DNA of 61,432 bases from a virus (taxonomy: Duplodnaviria; Caudoviricetes): positions 1 through 61,432 of the IMG/VR virus record IMGVR_UViG_3300021963_000138. One strand, written 5' to 3'. This document shows, in pieces, positions 17,494 to 28,003 of this stretch. Each line of letters starts with the position of its first letter. Within the stretch, counting starts at the first letter, position 1. The position numbers and the translations under genes were made by a program. Below the pieces are notes generated by a model. That model was given only the letters and a program-made list of their open reading frames with translations, was not told the origin of the DNA and ran no database searches.

Positions 17494-18356
17494 TCCCAAT
17501 CACCGCCATCTACTGGAGTTGTGCTGACCGGACCATAACTAGCACCGCCTTTGCCTGCGGCATTCTGTCTAGTCCACGACGGGTTCATTCCGTTAATTTC
17601 TAAAATATCATCGCGGATATTTTGATTACGTTTTTCGATATTAATGATTCTAACAAATGAATTTGTAACAGCAGCAGTATAATAAGCAAAAGGATTATCA
17701 CTTTTGCTCTCATCAAATTGAAGTCCAATTTGTGTTAACTGTAAAATAGCCTGTCCACGCATTTCGTCGTTATATGTATAACCACGAACGTTTCCTCTAG
17801 TTGCATATCTTTCACATAATTTTAAAAACATACGAGCTAGATTGTTAGTCATTTGTCCGTGCTCTTTGTTAAACGATCCAGTGTCTAACGGACCCTTCCA
17901 ATGACTCTTGCCCACACATATAAGATTGTTATTGTCGTCAAACTTCCAATGTTGGAAAGGAGGAAAGTTTACTTTGTCATGACTATCTGCGGTATTCTTT
18001 AAAGTCTTTTTACGACCAGGTGCAAGCGGAATATGCTCAAAGGTCATGACTCTAAAAACAACATCAGTTTTTTTAATAGTCTTATAATCAACTTCGAACT
18101 CTTTTGCTGGAATTTTCTTTCCGCCAGACTGTGCAATTTCGTGAGCCTTTTTACCCATTTTTATTGCTCGATTGCGTTTTGCATCTGCAATTGTTCTAAT
18201 ATTAATCTTAGATACATTTGGAACTATTAAATCGTAATCTCCGTATTCGGGATCAGTGTACGAACAATAGGTGTTTTTACTTAGATGAATTTCTTTCAGT
18301 AAATCCTTGTTGGTAAGATACTTGATCTTGGGAGGTTGTGAGGGCATTATTGTCAT
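17490..18356 (-). CDS. gp55: Late-transcription sigma factor, gp55-like, with a large insertion
   Basis: KYLTNKDLLKEI, then LCERYATRGNVRGYTYNDEM...FDESKSDNPFAYYT...SFVRIINIEKR; gp55-gp47-gp46 synteny as in T4. Confidence 0.88.
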   Translation of the reverse strand: MTIMPSQPPKIKYLTNKDLLKEIHLSKNTYCSYTDPEYGDYDLIVPNVSKINIRTIADAKRNRAIKMGKKAHEIAQSGGKKIPAKEFEVDYKTIKKTDVVFRVMTFEHIPLAPGRKKTLKNTADSHDKVNFPPFQHWKFDDNNNLICVGKSHWKGPLDTGSFNKEHGQMTNNLARMFLKLCERYATRGNVRGYTYNDEMRGQAILQLTQIGLQFDESKSDNPFAYYTAAVTNSFVRIINIEKRNQNIRDDILEINGMNPSWTRQNAAGKGGASYGPVSTTPVDGGDWD

Positions 18357-18404
18357 TGTTATAGAATTCTCCAGTAGTTAATATAATAGCATATTTTGTC
18401 AAGA

Positions 18405-18411
18405 ATAAATA
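18405..18411 (+). promoter_or_regulatory. Putative late promoter ATAAATA heading the baseplate operon
   Basis: Core motif 26 nt upstream of ATG 18438 in the divergent intergenic gap. Confidence 0.6.
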
Positions 18412-18437
18412 GAGTATACAAGGAATAATCGCTCAAA

Positions 18438-19601
18438 ATGTCTCTATCTATTAACCCTTTGGCAAAATTAGTTTCATCTGTTTCAGAACAGGTTAGCGCA
18501 GCAGCCGATGCTGCTAGCGGCGCACTAAAAAGTGATAATTTTGCTGCTTTAAAATCTAACCTAGACTCTACTGTTGGTCGACTAAGTGGTGAAATTGGCA
18601 GCGGTCTAAACGGCATGACAGCATCGGCTAATACTTTTTTAAATGACGCCAAGGGTGCATTAGGGCAGGCCACAGGCGCCTTAGGCGGAGTTACTGGTGC
18701 CTTAGGCGGAGTTAGCAGCACAATACAAAGCCTAGCATCAAACGCCACAGGAACATTAAGTGGTATTGCAGGACAGCTAGGAGGAGTAGCAGGGTCGATA
18801 AGCAATACAGGAGCAGCTATTGGTGCAAGTTTAAACAAATTAGGATTAGCCAGTGGCGGTCTTGGCGGAGGACTTGCACAAGTTGCTGGACAAATATCGT
18901 CAGCAGCAGGTATGATTAATAATTTATTAAGTATGGCTAGAGGCAAGAACCTTCCTAGTGGCGCAGAGTTATTTAGTCAGCAGGGTTCCTTCGTTGAACT
19001 TAAACCGGGTGCCGCCAACGACTGGCGAGTAAAACTAAATGCAAATTTTGGACTGTTTGGTAGTGCATTTTCTAGACTGTCGGCTACAGGTGGATTTGTG
19101 TGGCCTTACTTGCCTAATATCACAGTTGCAACCAAGGCCAACTATACACAAATAGACCCCGTCCATAACATTCAGCCGTTCTATGCATATAAAAATAGTC
19201 AAGTTGACGATATTCAAATCTCTGGAGAATTCTCAGTTGAAAGCGAATTAGATGCACAGTATTGGATAGAAGGTACTACGTTTTTAAAAACCGCAACTAA
19301 GATGTTTTTTGGTACAGGAGAAAACGTAGGCAACCCGCCTATCATATGTAACTTAACAGGATACGGTGCAAGAATTTTTAATAACGTTCCTGTTATTGTA
19401 AAAAGTTTTTCAGTAGACTTTAAAGATGATGTTAGCTATATCAAATATACTCCAGCTGGTGGCGGTGCACCAACATGGGTACCAGTTATGAGTACAATAT
19501 CAGTAACAGTATCTCCAATATATAATAGAACTAGATTAAGACAGTTTAATCTCAAAAGCTATGCCAACGGACAGATAGTGGGCGGACAAGGATATATTTA
19601 A
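18438..19601 (+). CDS. Baseplate / tail-tube initiator-like protein (gp48/gp54-type) with a Gly/Ala/Ser-rich N-terminal half
   Basis: C-terminal domain FVWPYLPNI...IQISGEF...GNPPIICNLTGYG..FNNVPVIVKSFSVDF...WVP is typical of contractile-tail tube-like proteins; precedes a gp53-like gene. Confidence 0.6.
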   Translation: MSLSINPLAKLVSSVSEQVSAAADAASGALKSDNFAALKSNLDSTVGRLSGEIGSGLNGMTASANTFLNDAKGALGQATGALGGVTGALGGVSSTIQSLASNATGTLSGIAGQLGGVAGSISNTGAAIGASLNKLGLASGGLGGGLAQVAGQISSAAGMINNLLSMARGKNLPSGAELFSQQGSFVELKPGAANDWRVKLNANFGLFGSAFSRLSATGGFVWPYLPNITVATKANYTQIDPVHNIQPFYAYKNSQVDDIQISGEFSVESELDAQYWIEGTTFLKTATKMFFGTGENVGNPPIICNLTGYGARIFNNVPVIVKSFSVDFKDDVSYIKYTPAGGGAPTWVPVMSTISVTVSPIYNRTRLRQFNLKSYANGQIVGGQGYI

Positions 19602-19900
19602 TGGCTACTTATAATCGACTATCGCCCTACTACAACACAAAACAAAATAGTTTTTATTTAGAATTGTTGACAATTCGGCCGGTGCCTGCTGAAGCCGACG
19701 ATTTTAAATACGTCATAGAGACTCAATATAAACATAGACCGGATCTATTAGCATACGATTTATATGGTACTCCAAAATTATGGTGGGTATTTGCTCAACG
19801 AAACATGGGTGTGATAAGAGATCCAATTTATGACTTTGCTCCAGGCACAGCAATATACTGCCCTAAGAAATCTAACTTAGAAAAGTACATAGGAGTATAA
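19601..19900 (+). CDS. gp53: Baseplate wedge protein, gp53-like (LysM-like)
   Basis: HRPDLLAYDLYGTPKLWWVFAQRN...PIYDF..G..IYCP motif. Confidence 0.8.
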   Translation: MATYNRLSPYYNTKQNSFYLELLTIRPVPAEADDFKYVIETQYKHRPDLLAYDLYGTPKLWWVFAQRNMGVIRDPIYDFAPGTAIYCPKKSNLEKYIGV

Positions 19901-19901
19901 T

Positions 19902-22514
19902 ATGTCGATTTTTGGCTCAGGCGAAACTCCCTTAGAAAAATATGCAAGATTAGGATCAGCCTATACGCAGACAACTTCTACTAATACTAGAGATATTGGC
20001 CAAACGGCTAGCAATTTTTTAAAACCTGATGGTAATCCTATATTACAAATAGCATCAGCCACAGCAAATATAGTAACTGGTTCTGCTAGACAGATTACCA
20101 AAGCGTTTACTAGTGGAGCAACAATCCTTACAGATAAAGGTCAGTCCTGGGAACCCGATCCTACAAAAATTGCCCCAACTGCCATGACTTTCATTCGTCC
20201 ACCTGGCGGACCACCTTATGAAAATGTATTAGAACAATTTGCCACTTATTCACCGGTGTGGACATTGTCCTGTTTAGAACCAAGCGAATTTAATAATCCT
20301 CAGTCATATAGAAATAATCCTGCAGGATTACGAAATGTTATTTTATCGTCTGCAGGTAGATATGATGCTCAGCGAACAAATACTACAAACGGCAAGCCAG
20401 AATATTTTATTGATAACGTTCAAATGAAACACAACGTTGCCCCTGGTGCTAAAGACGGAAACACAAATAATTTTAACTTTAGCTTTGATGTATATGAACC
20501 TTACTCGATGGGTCTATTTTTGCAAAGTTTAAAAGTGGCAGCAGTAAATGCTGGATATCCTAGTTATCTAGAAGTTACTCCCTATTTGTTAATGTTAGAA
20601 TTTAAAGGCATGAAAGATAATGGTGCTATTTTTGGATCAACAAAAACTCTAACTAAATTTTTTACAATTAGAATTAACAAGGTGGAGTTTAAAGTTGACG
20701 AAGGCGGGAGCAGATATAACATAACGGCTATGCCGTTGCATTACTCCGGCTTTAGTGATTTAGTTAATATATTACCTAATGAAATTTCGATTACCGGCGA
20801 AACTTGCAAAAGTATTTTGTCTTCTGGATCGAGAAGTTTGTGTAATGCACTGAATAGAATACAACAATTGGCAGTAAAAAACGGTCAACAGGAAGTAGCA
20901 GATGTTTATCAAATTGTGTTTCCTCTCAATGCATCAGACCCTGTTGGAGTAGATCGATCTACTTCATCTACTGATGTATTGCGAGCAACAGCAGATCCTA
21001 ACAAACAAACAGCAAAGAAAATTGGCGATACATCAGATGAGCTACAGCTCGACTTTGGTTCAGGCCCGATTGGCGCTGATAAAAACACCATGGGATTTGA
21101 TGCAACGTCTGGTGGAAACTATGTTTTTAAATATGAAAGCGACGTCATGGACGAAAAGGGTCAAAAGGTACAGAAAGAAAAAATGTCCATCGATACTAAT
21201 CTTAGACTCTTTACTTTTCCACAAGGTGAGAAAATAAGTCAAGTTATTCATAGAATTATTCTCAGTTCTAAATTTGCAGAAAATGCAATCAAACCCGAAG
21301 CTATTGTTGACGGATTTGTTGAATGGTATCGACTAGATTGTCAAATACAATTATTAGACTATGATAGCAAACGAAACGTTCGTGCTAAAAAATACGTTTA
21401 TAGAATAGTGCCATATGACGTTAATGCAGGAGTATTTAAAAATCCTAATGCCGCACCAGACGGCCATGCGAAATTAAATAAAGTTATTGCTAAAAGATAC
21501 GATTATATCTATACTGGTACCAACAACGATTTGTTAAAATTTGATATTCAATTTAACTCTCTATGGTATCAAGGCCAGATGCCTACCGCTCCAAACAACA
21601 ATGCTACTATTGCAAACAAAGATCTTAATGCTGGCACGGATGAGAAAAGAAATCAAGCGGTAGTGCAATCGGGTGAAGCTGCTAGCGGTGTATCGGCGAC
21701 CTCAGGCGGCGCATCTCTTAAACCCGATTATAATATTCCTACTGGTACGGCTTCTGGTGATAAAACAGTTGAACAAGTAATTGCAGATGCATTTAACCAT
21801 GCATTTCTGCAATCTGGATCAAAAGATTTAGCCAACGTTAATATAGATATTTTAGGAGATCCGTATTTTATTTCTGACAGTGGACTAAATTCTAATCATT
21901 TTGCAGAGAAAGGACCCAACAAGCAAGTTAATGCAGATTCATCTATGAATTGGGAAGGCAGCGAAATTTTTGTTTACATATCTTGGAGAAGCCCAGTTGA
22001 GCCAAATTTAGGTACAGCAGGCCGGGGCGGCCTATACAATTTTCCTAAAGGAGAATGGGTAAGTCCGTTTAGCGGAATCTATAAAGTCCAATATATTAAC
22101 AGTAAATTCACAGGCGGAACATTCCAGCAGACTCTTGAGTTGATGAGATTGCAAGGGCAATCAAACGACTTCATTGACGGGTCTGAAACAGTTAATAAGC
22201 AAACACAGATGCTATACAATACTTCACTTGAAGAGCGTCCAAGAACCAGTGTAGTTGACTACTCTGATCCAATGGACGAAGATCCACTAGGAGCACCGGC
22301 TCCTAGTTCTGCTAGCGCATCTTCAGAATCAGGCACCGGTAGAACCATCAACATTGATATTAGAGCAGAGCAACAAGAAGCTAGAGTATCTGCTTATCTA
22401 CAGGCCCGCGCCGCAGGACAAAGTGAAGAGCAAGCACAAAATATATCAGCAACTGTTGGCAATAATGTAGGCGCTGCTGCGTTGTCTCGTGAGTTTACTC
22501 GATCGGGTTTATAA
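19902..22514 (+). CDS. Baseplate hub protein (gp27/late-control-D-like)
   Basis: 870 aa between the gp53- and gp5-like genes; IDILGDPYFI and FSGIYKVQYINSKFTGGTFQQTLEL are typical of hub C-termini. Confidence 0.6.
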   Translation: MSIFGSGETPLEKYARLGSAYTQTTSTNTRDIGQTASNFLKPDGNPILQIASATANIVTGSARQITKAFTSGATILTDKGQSWEPDPTKIAPTAMTFIRPPGGPPYENVLEQFATYSPVWTLSCLEPSEFNNPQSYRNNPAGLRNVILSSAGRYDAQRTNTTNGKPEYFIDNVQMKHNVAPGAKDGNTNNFNFSFDVYEPYSMGLFLQSLKVAAVNAGYPSYLEVTPYLLMLEFKGMKDNGAIFGSTKTLTKFFTIRINKVEFKVDEGGSRYNITAMPLHYSGFSDLVNILPNEISITGETCKSILSSGSRSLCNALNRIQQLAVKNGQQEVADVYQIVFPLNASDPVGVDRSTSSTDVLRATADPNKQTAKKIGDTSDELQLDFGSGPIGADKNTMGFDATSGGNYVFKYESDVMDEKGQKVQKEKMSIDTNLRLFTFPQGEKISQVIHRIILSSKFAENAIKPEAIVDGFVEWYRLDCQIQLLDYDSKRNVRAKKYVYRIVPYDVNAGVFKNPNAAPDGHAKLNKVIAKRYDYIYTGTNNDLLKFDIQFNSLWYQGQMPTAPNNNATIANKDLNAGTDEKRNQAVVQSGEAASGVSATSGGASLKPDYNIPTGTASGDKTVEQVIADAFNHAFLQSGSKDLANVNIDILGDPYFISDSGLNSNHFAEKGPNKQVNADSSMNWEGSEIFVYISWRSPVEPNLGTAGRGGLYNFPKGEWVSPFSGIYKVQYINSKFTGGTFQQTLELMRLQGQSNDFIDGSETVNKQTQMLYNTSLEERPRTSVVDYSDPMDEDPLGAPAPSSASASSESGTGRTINIDIRAEQQEARVSAYLQARAAGQSEEQAQNISATVGNNVGAAALSREFTRSGL

Positions 22515-22554
22515 TATTAAATGTGAAAAATCAATCAAGCAATAAGGATATAGA

Positions 22555-24114
22555 ATGTCAATAGAAAAACGGACGCCGGTCGATGTTAATTCTAGTAAAT
22601 TAGATACCGGATTAATGTTGGCCAAAGTAGTAGGATACTTAGATCCGTCATTTATGTGTGGACTAGAAGTTACACTTCAAAGAGATAACGGCAACACAAT
22701 TGGGGATTTAGGTCAAACATACACTGTAAAATATGCCAGTCCCTTTTATGGTGTTACTGGATATGAAAATATGGGGTTGAATAAAACAGATTTTAACGAT
22801 ACCCAAAAAAGTTATGGCATGTGGTTCCCAACCCCAGAGATTGGATCCACAGTATTATGCGCATTTGTTAACGGTAATACATCTGAAGGCTATTGGTTTG
22901 CCTGTGTACCCAGTAGATTTATGAATCATATGATTCCGGCCATCGGCGGCTCAACAGCAGTAGAATTAACCGAAGAACAAAAAAAGAAATATGATACTAC
23001 TTCGCCTTTGCCTGTAGCAGAAATTAACAGAAAAACAAACGAACTAGATAAAAAATTAGAAATCGAAAAGATAAAACGCCCAGTTCATCCTATTGCTGAT
23101 AGATTTTTAGAACAGGGTTTGTTAGAAGATGATGTACGAGGAACTACTACTAGTACAACCAGAAGAAGTATACCAAACACAGTTTTTGGTATTTCTACCC
23201 CCGGACCCTTTGACCGAAGACCAAACGCAAAAAAACAGTTTATCGGAAAGCGACAAGCTCAAAGTCCATCAGCGGTACCTGTTAGTAGATTAGGCGGATC
23301 ACAGTTAGTATTTGACGATGGTGATGATCAATTTCAAAGGGCAACTACAGCCGGAACAGGGCCTGTAAAATATGTAGACACGTTAAAAAATGAAAAGGGA
23401 AATCCTGATGTTCCGTATAACGAATATGTAAGGCTTAGAACTCGAACAGGTCATCAGATATTATTACATAATTCAGAAGACTTAATTTATATTGGTAATG
23501 CTCGAGGTACTAGCTGGGTAGAATTAACGTCTAACGGTAAAATTGATATCTATGCACAGGATAGTATTTCTATCCACACCGAAAACGATTTAAATTTTAG
23601 AGCCGACAGAGACATTAATTTTGAAGCAGGCCGAAACGTCAATATAAAAGCAGCTGGTGGGAAAATGCAATTAGAAGCTGCTAGCAATTTTAATCTAATT
23701 GCAGGTGCAGACGGAAAAATTACAATAGGTGCAGGATTCGACTTGATATCGGCTTCGGGTACTAAATTGTCTACTAGTGGATCAACTGATATTAATTCTG
23801 GTAGTGCAAATAATTTTACAGCAGGCGCTAATACTAATATCAGTAGTGGCGGTCAACATATAGAATCCGCCAGCAAAATTCACATGAACGGCCCTCCTGC
23901 AACCCCTGCAACTCCTGCAACCCCTGCATCACCGTTGAGTACACATGCTAATCCTAAAACTAGTACAGGCAGCGGGTGGGGTAATAAAAAACGATATCAA
24001 GCAGGTACTATAAAAAGTATTATGAAAAGAATACCAATGCACGAACCGTGGTCATTGCATGAAAATTTTGCTCCTACGGTATTAAAACCCGCAAACACTG
24101 ATCGAGACAAATAA
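22555..24114 (+). CDS. gp5: Baseplate central spike, gp5/VgrG-like (OB-fold + beta-helix)
   Basis: SYGMWFPTPEIGSTVLCAF (OB-fold), RLRTRTGHQILLH, SWVELTSNGKIDIY, repetitive beta-helix ending KIHMNG; no lysozyme motif seen. Confidence 0.8.
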   Translation: MSIEKRTPVDVNSSKLDTGLMLAKVVGYLDPSFMCGLEVTLQRDNGNTIGDLGQTYTVKYASPFYGVTGYENMGLNKTDFNDTQKSYGMWFPTPEIGSTVLCAFVNGNTSEGYWFACVPSRFMNHMIPAIGGSTAVELTEEQKKKYDTTSPLPVAEINRKTNELDKKLEIEKIKRPVHPIADRFLEQGLLEDDVRGTTTSTTRRSIPNTVFGISTPGPFDRRPNAKKQFIGKRQAQSPSAVPVSRLGGSQLVFDDGDDQFQRATTAGTGPVKYVDTLKNEKGNPDVPYNEYVRLRTRTGHQILLHNSEDLIYIGNARGTSWVELTSNGKIDIYAQDSISIHTENDLNFRADRDINFEAGRNVNIKAAGGKMQLEAASNFNLIAGADGKITIGAGFDLISASGTKLSTSGSTDINSGSANNFTAGANTNISSGGQHIESASKIHMNGPPATPATPATPASPLSTHANPKTSTGSGWGNKKRYQAGTIKSIMKRIPMHEPWSLHENFAPTVLKPANTDRDK

Positions 24115-24122
24115 GGAATACA

Positions 24123-24557
24123 ATGGCAAAATTATACAACCAAAAATCTGTAGCATCACTCAATGCCAGCGTTGCTGACAGTCAAATCGCTTTTACCTAC
24201 AAGGGATTTAGTTCTCAAGAATCTAAAAATGGATTTAAATTATACGACATTGATTTAGTAAAACAGGATATTATTAATCATTTTTATATTAGAAAAGGGG
24301 AAAAATTAGAAAACCCAGATTTTGGAACAGTAATTTGGGATTTGCTTTTTGAACCGTTCACTGAAGAAGTTAAAAAATTAATTACAGAGGATGTTGAACA
24401 GATCATCAACTATGATCCTAGAATAGCCATCAACGGAGTAGTAATTGATTCTACAGATATGGGCATCAGAATAGAAGCTGATATTACATATTTGCCTTTT
24501 GCCATTAATGAAAGAATGGCATTTGACTTTGATAAAGAAAATAAAATTATAAACTGA
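24123..24557 (+). CDS. gp25: Baseplate wedge subunit, gp25-like
   Basis: DLVKQDIINHFYIRKGEKLENPDFGTVIWDLLFEP...INYDPRI. Confidence 0.9.
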   Translation: MAKLYNQKSVASLNASVADSQIAFTYKGFSSQESKNGFKLYDIDLVKQDIINHFYIRKGEKLENPDFGTVIWDLLFEPFTEEVKKLITEDVEQIINYDPRIAINGVVIDSTDMGIRIEADITYLPFAINERMAFDFDKENKIIN

Positions 24558-24573
24558 CCACTTTATTTTTTAG

Positions 24574-24580
24574 TTAAATA
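24574..24580 (+). promoter_or_regulatory. Putative late promoter TTAAATA
   Basis: Core motif 19 nt upstream of ATG 24600. Confidence 0.5.
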
Positions 24581-24599
24581 CATGATAGGATAGCAAATT

Positions 24600-27500
24600 A
24601 TGACCACAACGTCTAGACAAAATAACTTAATCTTAAATGAAGATTGGACTAGAATTTATCAGACTTTTCAAAGTTCTGATTTCAAAAGCTACGACTTTGA
24701 AAATCTTCGCAGAGTTATTATTGCCTATTTCCGTGAAAACTATCCTGAAGATTTTAATGACTACATTGAAAGTTCAGAGTATCTAGCCTTAATTGATGCT
24801 ATTGCATTCCTTGGTCAGAGTCTTGCATTCCGTATTGATTTAGCCAGCAGAGAAAATTTTATTGAACTTGCAGAGCGTAAAGAAAGTGTTCTACGTCTTG
24901 CAAAAATGCTCAGTTATAACGCTAAGAGAAATATTCCTTCTAAAGGTATATTAAAATTTGACACTGTAAGTACTACAGAAAGTGTGTTAGATAATAACGG
25001 AAAAAATCTAGCACAACAGACTATTGTGTGGAACGATCCTACAAACTCTAATTGGCCTGAACAATTTGTTACAATTTTAAATGCTGCTATGGCCGATAAT
25101 ACTGTATTCGGTCGAAGTCAAGGAACGGCTATTATTGACGATATTGCCACAGACCAATATAGATTTAGAACAGCATCAAATGATGTTCCAATTTTTACAT
25201 ACAGTAAAATAGTTGCTGGTCGACAAATGACATTTGAACTAGTTAGTACTGGGTTCAAAGGCAAAGAAGAATTGTATGAAGAACCCCCTGTGCCAGGCAA
25301 TCAATTGGGATTTGTATATAGAAATGATGGAAAAGGTGGTACTAGTGCAAACACTGGCTTTTTCTTAATGTTTAAACAAGGAACCTTAGAGCTTGCAGAT
25401 TTTTCTATAGATATTCCTACAACCAACGAGTTGATAGCCATTGACAGCAACAATATCAACAACGACGATATTTGGTTATATTCATTAAGCTCGACCGGTG
25501 TACAATTAAACGAATGGACCAAGGTGTCGTCTTTAATAGGAAATAATATTTCTTATAACAGTATTGATTCTAATATTAGAAACATATATTCAGTAATCAC
25601 TAAAGAAAATGACAGAGTTGATCTTGCATTTTCAGACGGAGTTTACGGAAATTTACCGATTGGAGCTTTTAGAACTTACTACAGAACTAGTAATGGTCTA
25701 GTGTACCAAATAGCACCTAATGAAATGAGAGGAATTACAATAGGTATTCCTTATGTTAATAAGTCGGGAGTAAGACACACTCTAACAGTAACATTAGGAT
25801 TGAAATACACAGTGAGTTCTTCATCGGCTACTGAATCTGTTGCATCCATTAGACAAAATGCTCCGGCACAGTATTATACACAAAACAGAATGATTACCGG
25901 TGAAGATTATAATCTTGCGCCGTTAACATCGTCGCAGAATATTTTAAAAGTAAAAGCTATCAATCGAGTATCAAGCGGAATAAGCAGAAATTTTGACCTC
26001 ATCGACGCCAGCGGAAAATATTCAAATGTCAATGTTTTTGCTTCTGATGGATTTATCTACAAAGATGAGATAGAAAGATCTCTAGCCTTTAAGTATTCTA
26101 ATAGAATTGACATTATTAATTTTATTAAAAACAGCGTTGAACCAATTTTTACCGCAACAGATATCTATAATTTTTATCTAACTAAGTTTGATAAAATTTT
26201 GTTTACAGATATTAATTATAGATGGAACCAATTGACTACGGATGTTAACAGTTCTACAGGATATTTTTATAATAGTGTTGATTCTGCTATTTTAAAAGTG
26301 GGATCATACACTACAAGCACACTAAAATATGCAACTCCTGGTGCGTTAATCAAGTTTACAGCACCAGAAGGCAAAGCATTTAAACGGGGAAAATTAGTTG
26401 ATGCCGATAACCTAGACCCGGAACAAACAAATGCTTTATGGACTAAAACGGTTAAGGTTGTTGGAGATGGAACCAATGCTGGTCGAGGAGTATTAAGCAC
26501 AGGGTTAGGACCAGTTCAGTTTAGTGATGTAATTCCTACTGGTGCAATTGCAACTAGAATTATTCCAAAATTTGTTTCTAACTTATCTGAAGGATTAGAG
26601 TTAGAAATGACCAATTTGTTATTTTCAAATTTAAACTTTGGTCTTCGATATTCTATGATTGACTCGTCTTGGAAGCTAATTACTTCATCTAATTTAAATT
26701 TACTAGATAATTTTAGTCTTGGCAAGTCAGGAGACACATCAAACAACAGTCTAGATTCGTCTTGGATTATTGCATTTATTAAGGAAGCAGACGAATATTT
26801 TGTAAGAATTCGTGGGCTCGATTACATATTTGGAAGCCTTGAAGAAAACAAATTTTATTTTGATTCGGCACAAAAAACCTACGATAGCAAGACTGGCAAC
26901 GTAATAAAAGATCAGGTGAAAGTTTTAAGTATAAATCCTAATAGCGATTTATTAGGGCCTCTAAAACAAGATATTAGTTTTGAAATTAGTGATACAATAA
27001 AATATGATGACGGTTATCAAAGCACCAATGAAATAAAAATAGCATTTTCTGATACAGACGACGATGGTGTTATTGATAATCCTGAAGCCTTTGAACAAAT
27101 TGTAGGAACTGATCTAGATCTCAATTTCTTATTTTTTAAAGAATCTATAGATGTTGCAGGAAATACCATAAATGAATATGTGGATAATAGCGATAATCAT
27201 ATTTCTATTGTATCAAAAGAAAGCCTTATTAATGTTAACAATTACAATGACGGCGATTTAATATATTTTTATAACAGTGATGAAAATGTTGTAAAACGAG
27301 TAGATAGAATAACAAATACATTGATATTAGAAAGTACCTATCAGGCAAATGTTGGCCGTGCCGGATTAAAATTTCAGTATGTGCATAATGCCAATATTGA
27401 TAGAAGAATTGATCCTAGTTCTAGCAATATCGTCGACGTTTATCTTTTAACAAGAAGCTATAATACTGCCTTTAGAAATTTTCTAGCAGGAGTAGGAACT

Positions 27501-28001
27501 AGACCAGAAGCGCCAAACAGCGATAGTCTACGAATATCGTTTGGTTCTAATTTAGATTTGATAAAATCTATCAGCGATGAAATTATATATCATCCTGTAG
27601 AGTATAAAGTTCTTTTCGGACCTACCGCAGATGTTAAATTACAGGCAAAGTTTAAGGTGGTTAAAAACTCTAATAGATTAATCAACGACAACGATTTAAA
27701 AGTTAGAATTATCAATGCAATAAATGAATTTTTTAATATCAACAACTGGGACTTTGGAGATAGATTTTACGTTAGCGAACTGATAACCTACATTGTAAAT
27801 ACTGTTTCTCCTGACATCAGTAATATCGTTATTCTTCCTAGACAGCTAACACAGTCGTTTGGCAGTTTATTTGAGATCCAAAGTAGAGTAGATGAAATTT
27901 TTGTTAGCGGTGCAACAGTAGATGATATAGAAATTGTGTCCTCGCTCTCAGCATCCGAACTTAGAATTTCTTCCAATTCAATCATATCGAGTACAAATTA
28001 A
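24600..28001 (+). CDS. gp6: Baseplate wedge subunit, gp6-like (extended)
   Basis: SYDFENLR..FNDYIESS..ENFIELAERKESVLRLAKMLSYNAKR, FSDGVYGNLP, ESVASIRQNAP..YYTQNRMITGEDY. Confidence 0.88.
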   Translation: MTTTSRQNNLILNEDWTRIYQTFQSSDFKSYDFENLRRVIIAYFRENYPEDFNDYIESSEYLALIDAIAFLGQSLAFRIDLASRENFIELAERKESVLRLAKMLSYNAKRNIPSKGILKFDTVSTTESVLDNNGKNLAQQTIVWNDPTNSNWPEQFVTILNAAMADNTVFGRSQGTAIIDDIATDQYRFRTASNDVPIFTYSKIVAGRQMTFELVSTGFKGKEELYEEPPVPGNQLGFVYRNDGKGGTSANTGFFLMFKQGTLELADFSIDIPTTNELIAIDSNNINNDDIWLYSLSSTGVQLNEWTKVSSLIGNNISYNSIDSNIRNIYSVITKENDRVDLAFSDGVYGNLPIGAFRTYYRTSNGLVYQIAPNEMRGITIGIPYVNKSGVRHTLTVTLGLKYTVSSSSATESVASIRQNAPAQYYTQNRMITGEDYNLAPLTSSQNILKVKAINRVSSGISRNFDLIDASGKYSNVNVFASDGFIYKDEIERSLAFKYSNRIDIINFIKNSVEPIFTATDIYNFYLTKFDKILFTDINYRWNQLTTDVNSSTGYFYNSVDSAILKVGSYTTSTLKYATPGALIKFTAPEGKAFKRGKLVDADNLDPEQTNALWTKTVKVVGDGTNAGRGVLSTGLGPVQFSDVIPTGAIATRIIPKFVSNLSEGLELEMTNLLFSNLNFGLRYSMIDSSWKLITSSNLNLLDNFSLGKSGDTSNNSLDSSWIIAFIKEADEYFVRIRGLDYIFGSLEENKFYFDSAQKTYDSKTGNVIKDQVKVLSINPNSDLLGPLKQDISFEISDTIKYDDGYQSTNEIKIAFSDTDDDGVIDNPEAFEQIVGTDLDLNFLFFKESIDVAGNTINEYVDNSDNHISIVSKESLINVNNYNDGDLIYFYNSDENVVKRVDRITNTLILESTYQANVGRAGLKFQYVHNANIDRRIDPSSSNIVDVYLLTRSYNTAFRNFLAGVGTRPEAPNSDSLRISFGSNLDLIKSISDEIIYHPVEYKVLFGPTADVKLQAKFKVVKNSNRLINDNDLKVRIINAINEFFNINNWDFGDRFYVSELITYIVNTVSPDISNIVILPRQLTQSFGSLFEIQSRVDEIFVSGATVDDIEIVSSLSASELRISSNSIISSTN

Positions 28002-28003
28002 AA

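Noticed and set aside
18380-18402. TTGACA and TATTAT upstream of gp55 on the minus strand
   Set aside because: Only 8 bp separate the hexamers, so it is not a canonical sigma70 promoter; an extended -10 promoter is possible but unsupported.
18359-18946. 195-aa minus-strand ORF
   Set aside because: Antisense shadow of the Gly/Ala-rich 18438-19601 gene.
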